64,000 bases of DNA from a virus. Lineage: Duplodnaviria > Caudoviricetes. A program made the translations under genes and the position numbers. Location: positions 32,001 through 96,000 of IMG/VR virus record IMGVR_UViG_3300028886_000037. One strand, 5' to 3'. The stretch's first letter is position 1. Each line of letters begins with the position of its first letter. This document shows, one piece after another, positions 35,534-43,952 of this stretch. The notes below the pieces were generated by a model. That model was not told where the DNA came from. It saw nothing but the letters and a program-made list of their open reading frames with translations, and searched no databases.

Positions 35534-38221
35534 TTATGCGTACTTGTATCTGAATCTGAGTCGTAGGACTGGAATATCTCTCATCGAGCTGAAGTTGACG
35601 ATGTTGTTGTTGTCATCAAGGATGTTGTCGTCGAAGACTACCTTCAAGATCGGATAGAGATATGCGAAGTTCTCTCTCGCTACTTCGTCTGTGATCTTTC
35701 CGGAGTCAAGAGCCTTCTTTAGCTCGTAGTAGAATGACTGCTCGCTCAAGTTCTTCGTGATGTCAGTGGAGTTAGCGCCTCGTCTTGAGAACGTCTCGAC
35801 ACGGATCTGCTTAGCGGAGTAATAGTCATCTAGCTGCTTGATCTTATCTTCGGTTATTCCAACCTGATACAGAGATCTGAATGCGACTTCTTTTGAAACT
35901 CCCATAGCGATCAGCAGTTTCAATACTCCATAATAGGCAAATAGAGCTCTGATCTGATCTGGAGGTTCTGTCTCGAAGTCTATCTCGTAAGGCAGCTCGA
36001 TGGGTCTATCTTCGGTACCGACAACCAGCTCTCGTCCGAGGATCCAGTCGTTCACGACATTCAGGAAGTTCATATCGAGTCCACTTATCTTGCCTTTCTT
36101 GAACAGCGAGTCATCTTCTATCTCTAGGTCCATGTAGTAGCTAGTAGAGATTGACGGATTCGTGTTGAGCGATAGGTAGACAGCGTCTGGATCTACGCTC
36201 ACTTCCTCGATGCGGTAAGTGTTGCTAGACGGGTTCTCAGACTGGATCGTGACTGTGAAGTCCTTTCCGACCATGTCGCTGAACACGTCTCTCATGTCTG
36301 TTCCGCGAATGTCGTTCATCGGAACGATCAGGATGTTGCGGTTCGATCTGATGTAGCCTGGCTCGAAGCGGTAAGACTTGTTCTCTCCCTTGATCCAGTC
36401 AGAGACCTTGAGGTCAATGTTAGCACGCTTTGCGGAAGGATTCTGTAAAATTAGATTTACAATATCTGACTTGAAGATTCTCTCTTTGAAGCCAGTGTTG
36501 CGTGAGAGCCACTTGTAGATCGAGTTCTCTAGCTCGTCTTTGAACTTCGCCATGTCGACGTGTCTGTCAACCAGAATGTCGCCGACCACGTCGTAGTAGT
36601 GGAATAGCGGAGGCATAGAGATTAGCTTCGTGTTGAGCATCATTCGATCCTCAGCGTCAGCACGGATCTGCTCGCACCATTGACCGAAGACTGAGCCGTC
36701 ATTGTACTGATCGTAAGTCATTCTCTTCGGATGAACGAGGAACTCCACGAAGTCAAGCAAGTGATCCATGTAGGTCTGGTAGTCGATGTACATGCAAGTG
36801 TTCGTAATGTCCTCGTCTTCGTCAAACACGTTGATCGGACGATAGAGTCCATCTGCTTCGCGATAGATGTCGGACAGGATAGAGTACAGAACCAAGTTCG
36901 TGATTCCAGCGTCATGCTCGACGCCCTCGTCTTCAAGCTGATTCTCACCAAATGCGATCGCGTGCTTGACGATCAGCGGATCAGTGATGGTCAACAGGTA
37001 AGACTGGAAGTCTGGGTAAGTGATTAGCTTTCCGTTAGATGCGAAGTAGAGCTTTGCGTTTCTGACCATGCTTTCTTTAGACTCGAAGTCAGTTCCGCCG
37101 TGAATAGCGCTCTCGAACATGAACTGGACGTTGTTGGTGATGTTTACGACTCTACCCTCGCCAGAAGCGTAGATCTTGCCCTCTGGACGAAGAACTGAAC
37201 CGACTGCGTCCGGATAGTTAGCGTCTGATCCGTCAGTGATCACGTACTGGACGAAGATCATGTCGTCGAGAGACTTTAGACCCTCGACTGTGTCGATTCC
37301 GTTTCCGAAGTAGAGACGGACTGTCTTGTCGTAGTTCGATCTGATGCAGACAACGTTGTAAGGAGGATTCTCTTTCTGGCGCTTGACTTCGTTCTCTTTG
37401 TATAGCTCGACGGCTTCGTCTTCGATGTAGAAGATGTTCTCGTCTGTCATAGCCTCTTCGAGAGACTTGCCGATTCCGATCTTGCAGAGACCATAGCGTG
37501 GCTCATATTCTCCGTTCTTGAATGCGAACGGATCACGAACGCCGTAGTAGTTCGAGAACTTGAGATCGTCGATGTCGTAGAACTGGTCTTTGTGTCCAAC
37601 CTGGCTTGCGAATGTCACTGGATCGATCGTCTTCGATACTCTCTTTCCCTGAACGACTTTGATATTTCTCAACTTAGATGCAGCGGCGCTGCTGACCTTT
37701 CCAGCGAGCGTCAAGTAGCCATCATTGTCGCTCTCGTAGCCGTTGACTGCATAGATGATCTTCTTTGACCATGAGGAATTGCCAACGCCGTTTCTCACGT
37801 CGTCTGCGGTGAGCTTGTATGAGTAGCATGCGTCAAGGAAGAAGTCGTGACCGTTGAACGTGAATGTCAAGTTTTCGTTATTGAGCCAGATCGTGTCGCC
37901 AGCCTGAACGGTGCTCGGGAGAGGTCCGTTCAGATTCAACGAGATGTTAGCGACTGCGGGAACTGGACGCTTTGGCTGATAGCCGAGATTGTGGCACAGC
38001 TTGATGACGCTAGAGTCAAGTTTTGCAGTGTCGAGATAGTTCTCTTCGGCAGTGCGCTGAATGTAGAAGTTTGTCAGATCTAACACGCCAGCGATGAATT
38101 CCTGGAGATAGGAATAGATGCTAGCTTGGCTCAAATTCTTGTACTGCTCATCGGATAGGACTCGGTTGTTCCAGTCCGTAAGCATCGATTCGTGCGTGAC
38201 TTTCGTATAATCTAGGCTCAT
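35534..38221 (-). CDS. gp6: Baseplate wedge subunit gp6-like
   Basis: ENYLDTAKLDSSVIKLCHNLGYQPKR, LYFGNG, YVITDG..AN, GGTDFES..S, LIT.PDF; start MSLDY at 38221. Confidence 0.9.
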   Translation of the reverse strand: MSLDYTKVTHESMLTDWNNRVLSDEQYKNLSQASIYSYLQEFIAGVLDLTNFYIQRTAEENYLDTAKLDSSVIKLCHNLGYQPKRPVPAVANISLNLNGPLPSTVQAGDTIWLNNENLTFTFNGHDFFLDACYSYKLTADDVRNGVGNSSWSKKIIYAVNGYESDNDGYLTLAGKVSSAAASKLRNIKVVQGKRVSKTIDPVTFASQVGHKDQFYDIDDLKFSNYYGVRDPFAFKNGEYEPRYGLCKIGIGKSLEEAMTDENIFYIEDEAVELYKENEVKRQKENPPYNVVCIRSNYDKTVRLYFGNGIDTVEGLKSLDDMIFVQYVITDGSDANYPDAVGSVLRPEGKIYASGEGRVVNITNNVQFMFESAIHGGTDFESKESMVRNAKLYFASNGKLITYPDFQSYLLTITDPLIVKHAIAFGENQLEDEGVEHDAGITNLVLYSILSDIYREADGLYRPINVFDEDEDITNTCMYIDYQTYMDHLLDFVEFLVHPKRMTYDQYNDGSVFGQWCEQIRADAEDRMMLNTKLISMPPLFHYYDVVGDILVDRHVDMAKFKDELENSIYKWLSRNTGFKERIFKSDIVNLILQNPSAKRANIDLKVSDWIKGENKSYRFEPGYIRSNRNILIVPMNDIRGTDMRDVFSDMVGKDFTVTIQSENPSSNTYRIEEVSVDPDAVYLSLNTNPSISTSYYMDLEIEDDSLFKKGKISGLDMNFLNVVNDWILGRELVVGTEDRPIELPYEIDFETEPPDQIRALFAYYGVLKLLIAMGVSKEVAFRSLYQVGITEDKIKQLDDYYSAKQIRVETFSRRGANSTDITKNLSEQSFYYELKKALDSGKITDEVARENFAYLYPILKVVFDDNILDDNNNIVNFSSMRDIPVLRLRFRYKYA

Positions 38222-38238
38222 GCAATTTACCTCTATGT

Positions 38239-38250
38239 TATTTATAAATA
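38239..38250. promoter_or_regulatory. Bidirectional late promoter (palindrome TATTTATAAATA)
   Basis: TATAAATA on both strands between the divergent gp6 and terminase-like genes. Confidence 0.75.
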
Positions 38251-38266
38251 CTTGAAGAGGTAACTC

Positions 38267-39043
38267 ATGAATCTGAAACTTACATTCAATCAAGTGAAAA
38301 CTTTACAGAAGTGCAAAGAGAATCCGTCGAGATTTCTCAAGTTCTGCACGATTCTCGGTCCGTCTGGCGACCAGGAGTTCAAGCCGTTCAGATGGCAGAA
38401 GAAAGTCCTGAAGTCTTTCAAAGAGACAGCTTTCGATCCAAAGGCGAAGCGAGGACACGTGCTGATTGGTCCCAGACAGTCAGGAAAGACGACACTGATC
38501 GCAGCTTATGCGCTATGGTATGCGCTATTCCACAATGACCGTAACGTATGCTTGATGGCCAGAAAGTGGGCGCAGGCTAACGAGATCTTGCATCTGGTCA
38601 AAGAGATCTACAGAAAGCTGCCCGAGTATATGCGTCTGGATACGAAGCTTGACCGGAAAGAGATCATGCAGTTCACGAACAACAGCAGGATCTTCTCTTG
38701 CTCCGCGAACTCTGCTATGCTTCATGGCCGCACGATTGATCTGTTCGTGATCGACGAAGCCGCGTATATCGATGACTACGACTTCGAAGAGCTGATGATG
38801 TGCATCCTTCCAGTCATGATGTCTCGCCCGTCTGCCCAGACGATATTTCTATCGACTCCGCAGAAGAAAGAGACTACGTTCTACAAGATATACGAAGATG
38901 CGGTATACGATAAGAACTCCTTTGTTCCGCACCGAGTGAAGTGGAACTGTCGTCCCGAGCATACGAAGGAATGGCTCGAGAGCATGAAGAAGAACTTCAA
39001 CAAGGACCACTTCCGTTGCGAGATCCTCGGCGAGTTTATTTAG
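38267..39043 (+). CDS. Terminase large-subunit-like ATPase domain only (258 aa, no nuclease domain)
   Basis: PFRWQ Q-motif, Walker A PRQSGKTT, Walker B LFVIDEAA, coupling motif LSTP; stops at RCEILGEFI. Confidence 0.8.
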   Translation: MNLKLTFNQVKTLQKCKENPSRFLKFCTILGPSGDQEFKPFRWQKKVLKSFKETAFDPKAKRGHVLIGPRQSGKTTLIAAYALWYALFHNDRNVCLMARKWAQANEILHLVKEIYRKLPEYMRLDTKLDRKEIMQFTNNSRIFSCSANSAMLHGRTIDLFVIDEAAYIDDYDFEELMMCILPVMMSRPSAQTIFLSTPQKKETTFYKIYEDAVYDKNSFVPHRVKWNCRPEHTKEWLESMKKNFNKDHFRCEILGEFI

Positions 39044-39642
39044 CCTTTCCAGTGGAACTGGTCGATCGTCATTGACGTTTCGATCTTCTTGACTTCATCC
39101 ATCGTGATCTTGCGCTGGCCGAGAGACTTTTCGACCAGCAGCATGTTGTGAGCGTTGATCTTGTTGATCGGGTCAAGCAGACCCAGACGGAAGATCTTGT
39201 TGAGATTGAGCGAGAGAAGCCAAGCTTCGCGTTCAGAGTAGTAGCGGGACTTCGGCGTGATCTTCATAGAAGACGGCGGAAGCGTCGTTACGACTTCATC
39301 GTCCTTCTGGCTGTAGCGTCCCTGATTGCTGACGAGGTGTAGATAGTGGCAGCACTCGTGAAGGAAGACGGCTGCTGCGTCGTCGTCTTTGAACTTGATC
39401 TTGCCGTCGCTGAGATAGTCTTTGCTCAGGTAGAGGATGTTTACGAAGGACTTAGTGGTAAAGAAGCCGCCGATGCCGCTTCGATCCAAGATCTTCTGGT
39501 CCTGAAATACGACTGATGCGAACTTAGCGCCAGTGATCTTGCCTCGAATGAAGTTCCATGCGATCTGAAGGCCGCTGTTGTCAGTCACCATTTCTAGCTT
39601 GGCGACTTGAATGCGGGTAAAAATAGTGCGATTGTCAATCAT
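39040..39642 (-). CDS. HExxH zinc-metallopeptidase-like early protein
   Basis: FLHECCHYLH plus downstream SEREAW (zincin third-ligand Glu); own early promoter. Confidence 0.6.
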   Translation of the reverse strand: MIDNRTIFTRIQVAKLEMVTDNSGLQIAWNFIRGKITGAKFASVVFQDQKILDRSGIGGFFTTKSFVNILYLSKDYLSDGKIKFKDDDAAAVFLHECCHYLHLVSNQGRYSQKDDEVVTTLPPSSMKITPKSRYYSEREAWLLSLNLNKIFRLGLLDPINKINAHNMLLVEKSLGQRKITMDEVKKIETSMTIDQFHWKG

Positions 39643-39673
39643 AACTGGTCCTTGATGACGGTTCTACATCCAT

Positions 39674-39703
39674 AATATAGGTAATTCCTGCACTTTTGTA
39701 AAC
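39674..39703 (-). promoter_or_regulatory. Early promoter
   Basis: Minus strand GTTTAC-aaaagtgcaggaattacc-TATATT. Confidence 0.75.
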
Positions 39704-39734
39704 AGAAAAAATTAAGATTTTCTTGAATTTTAGG

Positions 39735-39764
39735 GTTTACGAATTCTCCCGAAATACCTATATT
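39735..39764 (+). promoter_or_regulatory. Early promoter
   Basis: GTTTAC-gaattctcccgaaatacc-TATATT. Confidence 0.75.
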
Positions 39765-39796
39765 GTACATACAAACCGTCAACAAGGACCGCTTAA

Positions 39797-41416
39797 ATGA
39801 CCAACGTAGAAGTTTCCGACAAGGCTATCGAGCTCCAGTTCACCAACGCTGTGGACTACTTCGGCCTCTATATTCCTAACCTCCTTTCCTTCTACGCTCT
39901 CTTCACGAAGCGCGTAAACAACGACATCAACGCTATCCGCATCTGCGTCAAGACCGACGTTACTCCGGTTCTCGAATACAACAAAGCTTGGATCTGCAGC
40001 TGCGACCGAGCTGTCTTCGTCTTCATTCTCGCCATCGAGATGTACCGCTTCATCCTTCATCACTGCACGCACCGCGAACTCACTGGCGCAAACGCATTCA
40101 AGGCTTCCACTGCGACTTGCAACAGCAAGGAACTTCAGATCTTCCTCTCTTCTGCACCCGAAGAACTCGCTAAACACGTCCGCGAATCGATCTGGTGCAA
40201 GAAGCTCATCGAAGATGAAATCAACCAGAAGATCGCAGAAAACGACTATTACTACGAATCTGTCTTCCAGCTGCTCAATCAGCACCAGGAACAACAGCAA
40301 CAACAACAGCAGTCGTCATCTCAGGACGGCGAAGGAGATCAAGATGATCAAGACCAGAACAACGAAACCAGCTCCGGCAGTCAAGGCGACGAAGACTCCG
40401 ATTCCGAAAGCGACCAAGACCAAGACGGTTCTGAAGGTCAAGACTCAGAAGATCAAGAAGGTCAAGACTCAGAAGATCAAGAAGGTCAAGAAGGACAAGA
40501 CGGATCTTCTCAGTCTAAGTCTCGAGGAACTGGCGAAGATGACTCCAACGACCAAGGAACTTCAGATGCTCAAGACTCTTCCGACTCCAGTTCAGAATCT
40601 GGTGATGCGGGTGACTCTGATGGGAATCAGAGCTCTGGAGAGGGTCGAGGAACTGGAAACAATCCTGGGGCTCCTGGACAAGATGGCAAGGGAAAGTCAA
40701 AAAAGCAAAACCCCAAAAAAGACGCCTTCGACGAATGGAACCAAAACGGCGAACAGAACACGGAAGAGTGGGGCGCAAACAATATCGTAGACGAGATGAT
40801 CCGAGACGTGATCGAGAATAAGTGCAAGGTCACGGGCTGGGGCAAGCTGAGCGGCGAAGCTGTGGAAGAGATCATGCTCAAGAACAAGCGCAAGGTCAAC
40901 ATCACTCCGATCATCGCTGGCTTCGGCGCTACCGTCCGCTGCCGCAAGCGCGTCTCTACTCGTCTCCGCGTCAACAAGCGCTACGAATATCTTCCGGGCT
41001 ACCGCACCGACCGCAAGACCAAGATGCTCTTCGCCATCGACTCCAGTGGCTCTATGTCCGAGTCAGACATCCGCAAGGGCTGCGAAATTCTGCACAACTT
41101 CTACAAGAAGACCGAAATCGATCTAGCCTTCTGGGACGCTAAGATGGTCAAGCCGCAGAAGCTCAAAAAGAATTTCCAGAAGATCACGGCTCCTGGTCGT
41201 GGCGGTACGGATCCTCACTGCATCGGCGAATATCTCAAGGCCCACAACCTGCACTACGACGGCGTCGTCATCTTCACAGACTGCTACTGGGAATGGAAGG
41301 AAAACAACCTCGGCTCTCACATCTTCGTGATCTCTTCTGAAAAGAACTACACGGTGCCGAAGTTCGTCCGCCATCACGCTTCCATCCAGCAGCTCACTCA
41401 CGTCTTCGACGACTAA
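39797..41416 (+). CDS. vWA-domain protein of DUF2201 type (MoxR partner) with acidic Gln/Asp/Ser linker
   Basis: MIDAS DSSGSMS, GRGGTD, VIFTD; N-terminal peptidase-like domain with degenerate HExxH (LAIEMYRFILHH). Confidence 0.8.
   Translation: MTNVEVSDKAIELQFTNAVDYFGLYIPNLLSFYALFTKRVNNDINAIRICVKTDVTPVLEYNKAWICSCDRAVFVFILAIEMYRFILHHCTHRELTGANAFKASTATCNSKELQIFLSSAPEELAKHVRESIWCKKLIEDEINQKIAENDYYYESVFQLLNQHQEQQQQQQQSSSQDGEGDQDDQDQNNETSSGSQGDEDSDSESDQDQDGSEGQDSEDQEGQDSEDQEGQEGQDGSSQSKSRGTGEDDSNDQGTSDAQDSSDSSSESGDAGDSDGNQSSGEGRGTGNNPGAPGQDGKGKSKKQNPKKDAFDEWNQNGEQNTEEWGANNIVDEMIRDVIENKCKVTGWGKLSGEAVEEIMLKNKRKVNITPIIAGFGATVRCRKRVSTRLRVNKRYEYLPGYRTDRKTKMLFAIDSSGSMSESDIRKGCEILHNFYKKTEIDLAFWDAKMVKPQKLKKNFQKITAPGRGGTDPHCIGEYLKAHNLHYDGVVIFTDCYWEWKENNLGSHIFVISSEKNYTVPKFVRHHASIQQLTHVFDD
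40433..40491 (+). repeat. 24-bp in-frame tandem repeat (EGQDSEDQ, about 2.5 copies)
   Basis: GAAGGTCAAGACTCAGAAGATCAA at 40433 and 40457, partial copy at 40481. Confidence 0.85.
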
Positions 41417-41425
41417 GAGGTAAAC

Positions 41426-41644
41426 ATGAACAAGAGAGAAATAGCTAACTTCATCCACAAATTTGTGGAATGGAAATATCATGATCTGATCTCATACAAC
41501 GAGATCGAAAATGGTATGATCTACTATCCAGATACCGACAGATACGGCTTCAACTGTCACAAAGTGCTTGAAAAGTACGGGATCGGCATTGATCAGTTCA
41601 AGAAGGATCTTGCCGATCTGCTGCTCATCTTCAATCGCACCTAG
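41426..41644 (+). CDS. Small hypothetical protein
   Basis: SD GAGGT; follows the vWA gene. Confidence 0.55.
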   Translation: MNKREIANFIHKFVEWKYHDLISYNEIENGMIYYPDTDRYGFNCHKVLEKYGIGIDQFKKDLADLLLIFNRT

Positions 41645-41648
41645 CAAC

Positions 41649-41677
41649 AATCCTCTCGTATAAATAACGAGAGGATT
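41649..41677 (+). promoter_or_regulatory. Hairpin carrying a late promoter in its loop and the SD in its 3' arm
   Basis: AATCCTCTCGT-ATAAATA-ACGAGAGGATT; TATAAATA at 41659-41666; ATG at 41680. Confidence 0.8.
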
Positions 41678-41679
41678 TT

Positions 41680-41997
41680 ATGCGAACAGACGAAGGAAGA
41701 CTATGGAACGCCACTAAGGCAGTAGGCCGTGGCTTAGTGAAGGGTGCCGCAGCAGCGCATAATGCGGCTACAAAGGCAGCTGCTGGCGCAAAAGAATTCT
41801 ACGATGCCTCTTATAAGAAGCGTAAGTATAGAGCTCCAGACTGGGAGTCTGTGGCGAAAGAAGTGGCAGACGAGATCAGCGAGACGCTGCAGTATGTCGA
41901 CAAGAAGCTCGTATTGAAGTGGTCGAGATACATCATAGAGGAAATCGCTAAGAGAGATGCACGGATCGGCAAGTTCGCATCCGACTTTGCAAACTAG
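41680..41997 (+). CDS. Late hypothetical protein, paralog of 42009..42260
   Basis: DEGRLW...PDW...KLVLKW...EIAKRD..IGKF. Confidence 0.6.
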   Translation: MRTDEGRLWNATKAVGRGLVKGAAAAHNAATKAAAGAKEFYDASYKKRKYRAPDWESVAKEVADEISETLQYVDKKLVLKWSRYIIEEIAKRDARIGKFASDFAN

Positions 41998-42008
41998 GGA
42001 GGAGACAG

Positions 42009-42260
42009 ATGCAGTATATCGACAGTCTACGCAGCCTAGATGAGGGTCTATGGCAGAAGTTCACCCATCAGGATGATGACCAGCAGGGTTACCAAGAACC
42101 GGACCTTAAAGAGCTGATTACGAGCGTCCAAGAGACGGTCACAGACTACTTCCCGTTCGCAGAAGAGAAGCTAGTAAAGCGCTGGATCCGCGAGATGATC
42201 ACCGAGCTAGCTAAGCAGGATCGAAAAGCGGGCTCCTTCATGACTAACTTCCTTGACTAA
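42009..42260 (+). CDS. Late hypothetical protein, paralog of 41680..41997
   Basis: LDEGLW...PDL...KLVKRW...ELAKQD..AGSF. Confidence 0.6.
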   Translation: MQYIDSLRSLDEGLWQKFTHQDDDQQGYQEPDLKELITSVQETVTDYFPFAEEKLVKRWIREMITELAKQDRKAGSFMTNFLD

Positions 42261-42277
42261 CGAGATCGAACACTATG

Positions 42278-42303
42278 AAACCGTCGATAGTCTCGGCGGT
42301 TTT
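42278..42303 (+). terminator. Rho-independent terminator
   Basis: AAACCGTCGA-tagtc-TCGGCGGTTT hairpin followed by U residues. Confidence 0.6.
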
Positions 42304-42344
42304 CTTGTAAAATCAAAAAAAATCAAGAAAATCTCAATTTAGGG

Positions 42345-42374
42345 GTTTACAATACTCACGGAAATACCTATATT
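42345..42374 (+). promoter_or_regulatory. Early promoter
   Basis: GTTTAC-aatactcacggaaatacc-TATATT, with an upstream A-tract. Confidence 0.75.
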
Positions 42375-42423
42375 GATAATACAAAAAAAGAAATAGAGCT
42401 AACTTCAACAAGGACCAACTAAT

Positions 42424-43536
42424 ATGCTCTCCAAAGTCTCTGTCGCCGAATTCATCGATCTCGCCATCTGCACTCCCGCCCGCAAGGCTATGCTCGCTGT
42501 GGGTGAATTTGGTATCGGTAAAACACAGGTCATCCGCCAGATCGGCGAGAAGCTCGGCCTGAAGGTCATCTGCTTCGACTGCACTCATCTCAACGACGTT
42601 GGCGACATTCTCGGTCTTCCGTCCATCGTCAATGGCAAGACCGTCTTCAACCCCACTTACTGGTATGAACCGGACACTCCGGTGCTGCTCTTCTTCGACG
42701 AAGTCTTCCGTGCTAACCCGGACGTTCGTAACGCTCTCATGAGCCTCTGCCTTGACCAGACTATCGCTGACAAGAAGCTCGCTCCGGGCTCTCGCGTCTT
42801 CGCTGCTGCTAACCCTCCGGGATTCCACGGCTACGAAGGTGAAATTCCCGACCCGGCTCAGCTGTCCCGCTACGCTGCTTACTGGCTCGAACCGACCTTC
42901 CAGGAATGGTACAAGCACGCTAAGGAATGCAAGATCCACCCGGCCATCCTCGAATACCTCAACAAGAACAAGTCCGATCTGGATCCGTTCAGCAACGCTA
43001 AGGCAATGAACGTTGAAGCCGACATGGATGGTCAGGACCTCACCGTCCTTCCGTCTCGCCGTTCTTGGTTCGACTACTCCGACTTCCTCTACAACGCTGA
43101 GAAGGTCAAGGGCGTCAAGAAGCTCACCCGTGAATTCGTCATCCTCGGCGGTTCTGGCTACATCGGTAGCACTATCGCCATCAAGTTCGCTCCGTTCTAC
43201 ATGAACGCTTCCTCTGCCGTTGGCGCAGAAGAGATCCTTCGCGACTGGTCTTCCGTCAAGCCGAAGGATGATGAGAAGTTCGACGTGGCTACCGCTACCA
43301 AGCTCGCTAACGACATCAAGATCTTCGTTCAGTCCTACAAGAAGGACATTCCGGCCAAGTGGAAGAAGAACTTCGGAAGCTTCATCCGCGAAGGCATGAG
43401 CAAGGAAGCTCAGGTCGCTATCATCAACAACCTCGTATACCAGGACATGATCAGCGGAGAAGACTGGGTCTTCCAGATCTCCGACGACTCTCTGCAGGCC
43501 TTCTACGAGGAAACGATCGCTTCCAAGGTCGCTTAG
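42424..43536 (+). CDS. MoxR-family AAA+ ATPase
   Basis: Walker A GEFGIGKT, DILGLP, Walker B LFFDEVFRA, sensor AANP, DPAQLSRY, PSRRSW. Confidence 0.85.
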   Translation: MLSKVSVAEFIDLAICTPARKAMLAVGEFGIGKTQVIRQIGEKLGLKVICFDCTHLNDVGDILGLPSIVNGKTVFNPTYWYEPDTPVLLFFDEVFRANPDVRNALMSLCLDQTIADKKLAPGSRVFAAANPPGFHGYEGEIPDPAQLSRYAAYWLEPTFQEWYKHAKECKIHPAILEYLNKNKSDLDPFSNAKAMNVEADMDGQDLTVLPSRRSWFDYSDFLYNAEKVKGVKKLTREFVILGGSGYIGSTIAIKFAPFYMNASSAVGAEEILRDWSSVKPKDDEKFDVATATKLANDIKIFVQSYKKDIPAKWKKNFGSFIREGMSKEAQVAIINNLVYQDMISGEDWVFQISDDSLQAFYEETIASKVA

Positions 43537-43559
43537 CGCAAGCTTCGCTTAAGACTTTC

Positions 43560-43614
43560 GGTCCCGTCTCCTTCAATTCAACTGGTCCTTGTCTTTCGGA
43601 GACGGGACCTTTTT
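43560..43614 (+). terminator. Terminator with a 12-bp stem and an unusually long 26-nt loop
   Basis: GGTCCCGTCTCC / GGAGACGGGACC followed by TTTTT; TATAAATA follows at 43616-43623. Confidence 0.75.
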
Positions 43615-43639
43615 CTATAAATAAATCGAGAGGTACACT

Positions 43640-43876
43640 ATGAACGAGAAAGAAGCTATAAAGACTCTGAAGGACTCTGGACTCAAGGTCATCAAGGAAT
43701 ATGCAGACACTTACACGAACGACACTTATGATCAGCTCTTCGAAACAATCTACGATATGAGCGCCGAAGAGTGTGCCGATCTTTGCGAGACGATCCACAA
43801 GATCTGCTTCACTAGCGAGTACAAGCGTGCGATGACGTTCAAGCAGGATCTGATCCGCCTGCTCAAGGGTCTGTAA
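43640..43876 (+). CDS. Small late protein (EAIKTLKDSGLKVIKE motif)
   Basis: Late promoter plus SD GAGGT; N-terminal motif resembles the repeats in 23191..23589. Confidence 0.6.
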   Translation: MNEKEAIKTLKDSGLKVIKEYADTYTNDTYDQLFETIYDMSAEECADLCETIHKICFTSEYKRAMTFKQDLIRLLKGL

Positions 43877-43901
43877 TAAATCAAGAGAAATCTTAAACAG
43901 A

Positions 43902-43931
43902 AAGAGAGGAAGACTTTCATCTTCCTCTCTT
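43902..43931. terminator. Terminator hairpin between convergent genes
   Basis: AAGAGAGGAAGA...TCTTCCTCTCTT; arms similar to the hairpin at 52528-52559. Confidence 0.6.
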
Positions 43932-43952
43932 CATTTGTGCAGTCAAGATATT

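Noticed and set aside
39043-39700. Intron or frameshift continuing the terminase ATPase into a nuclease domain
   Set aside because: The downstream sequence is a convergent gene with its own promoter and SD; no nuclease motifs were noticed on the plus strand.
40290-40700. Gln/Asp/Ser-rich tract and 24-bp repeat as a special element
   Set aside because: An ordinary low-complexity linker, typical of DUF2201-type vWA proteins.
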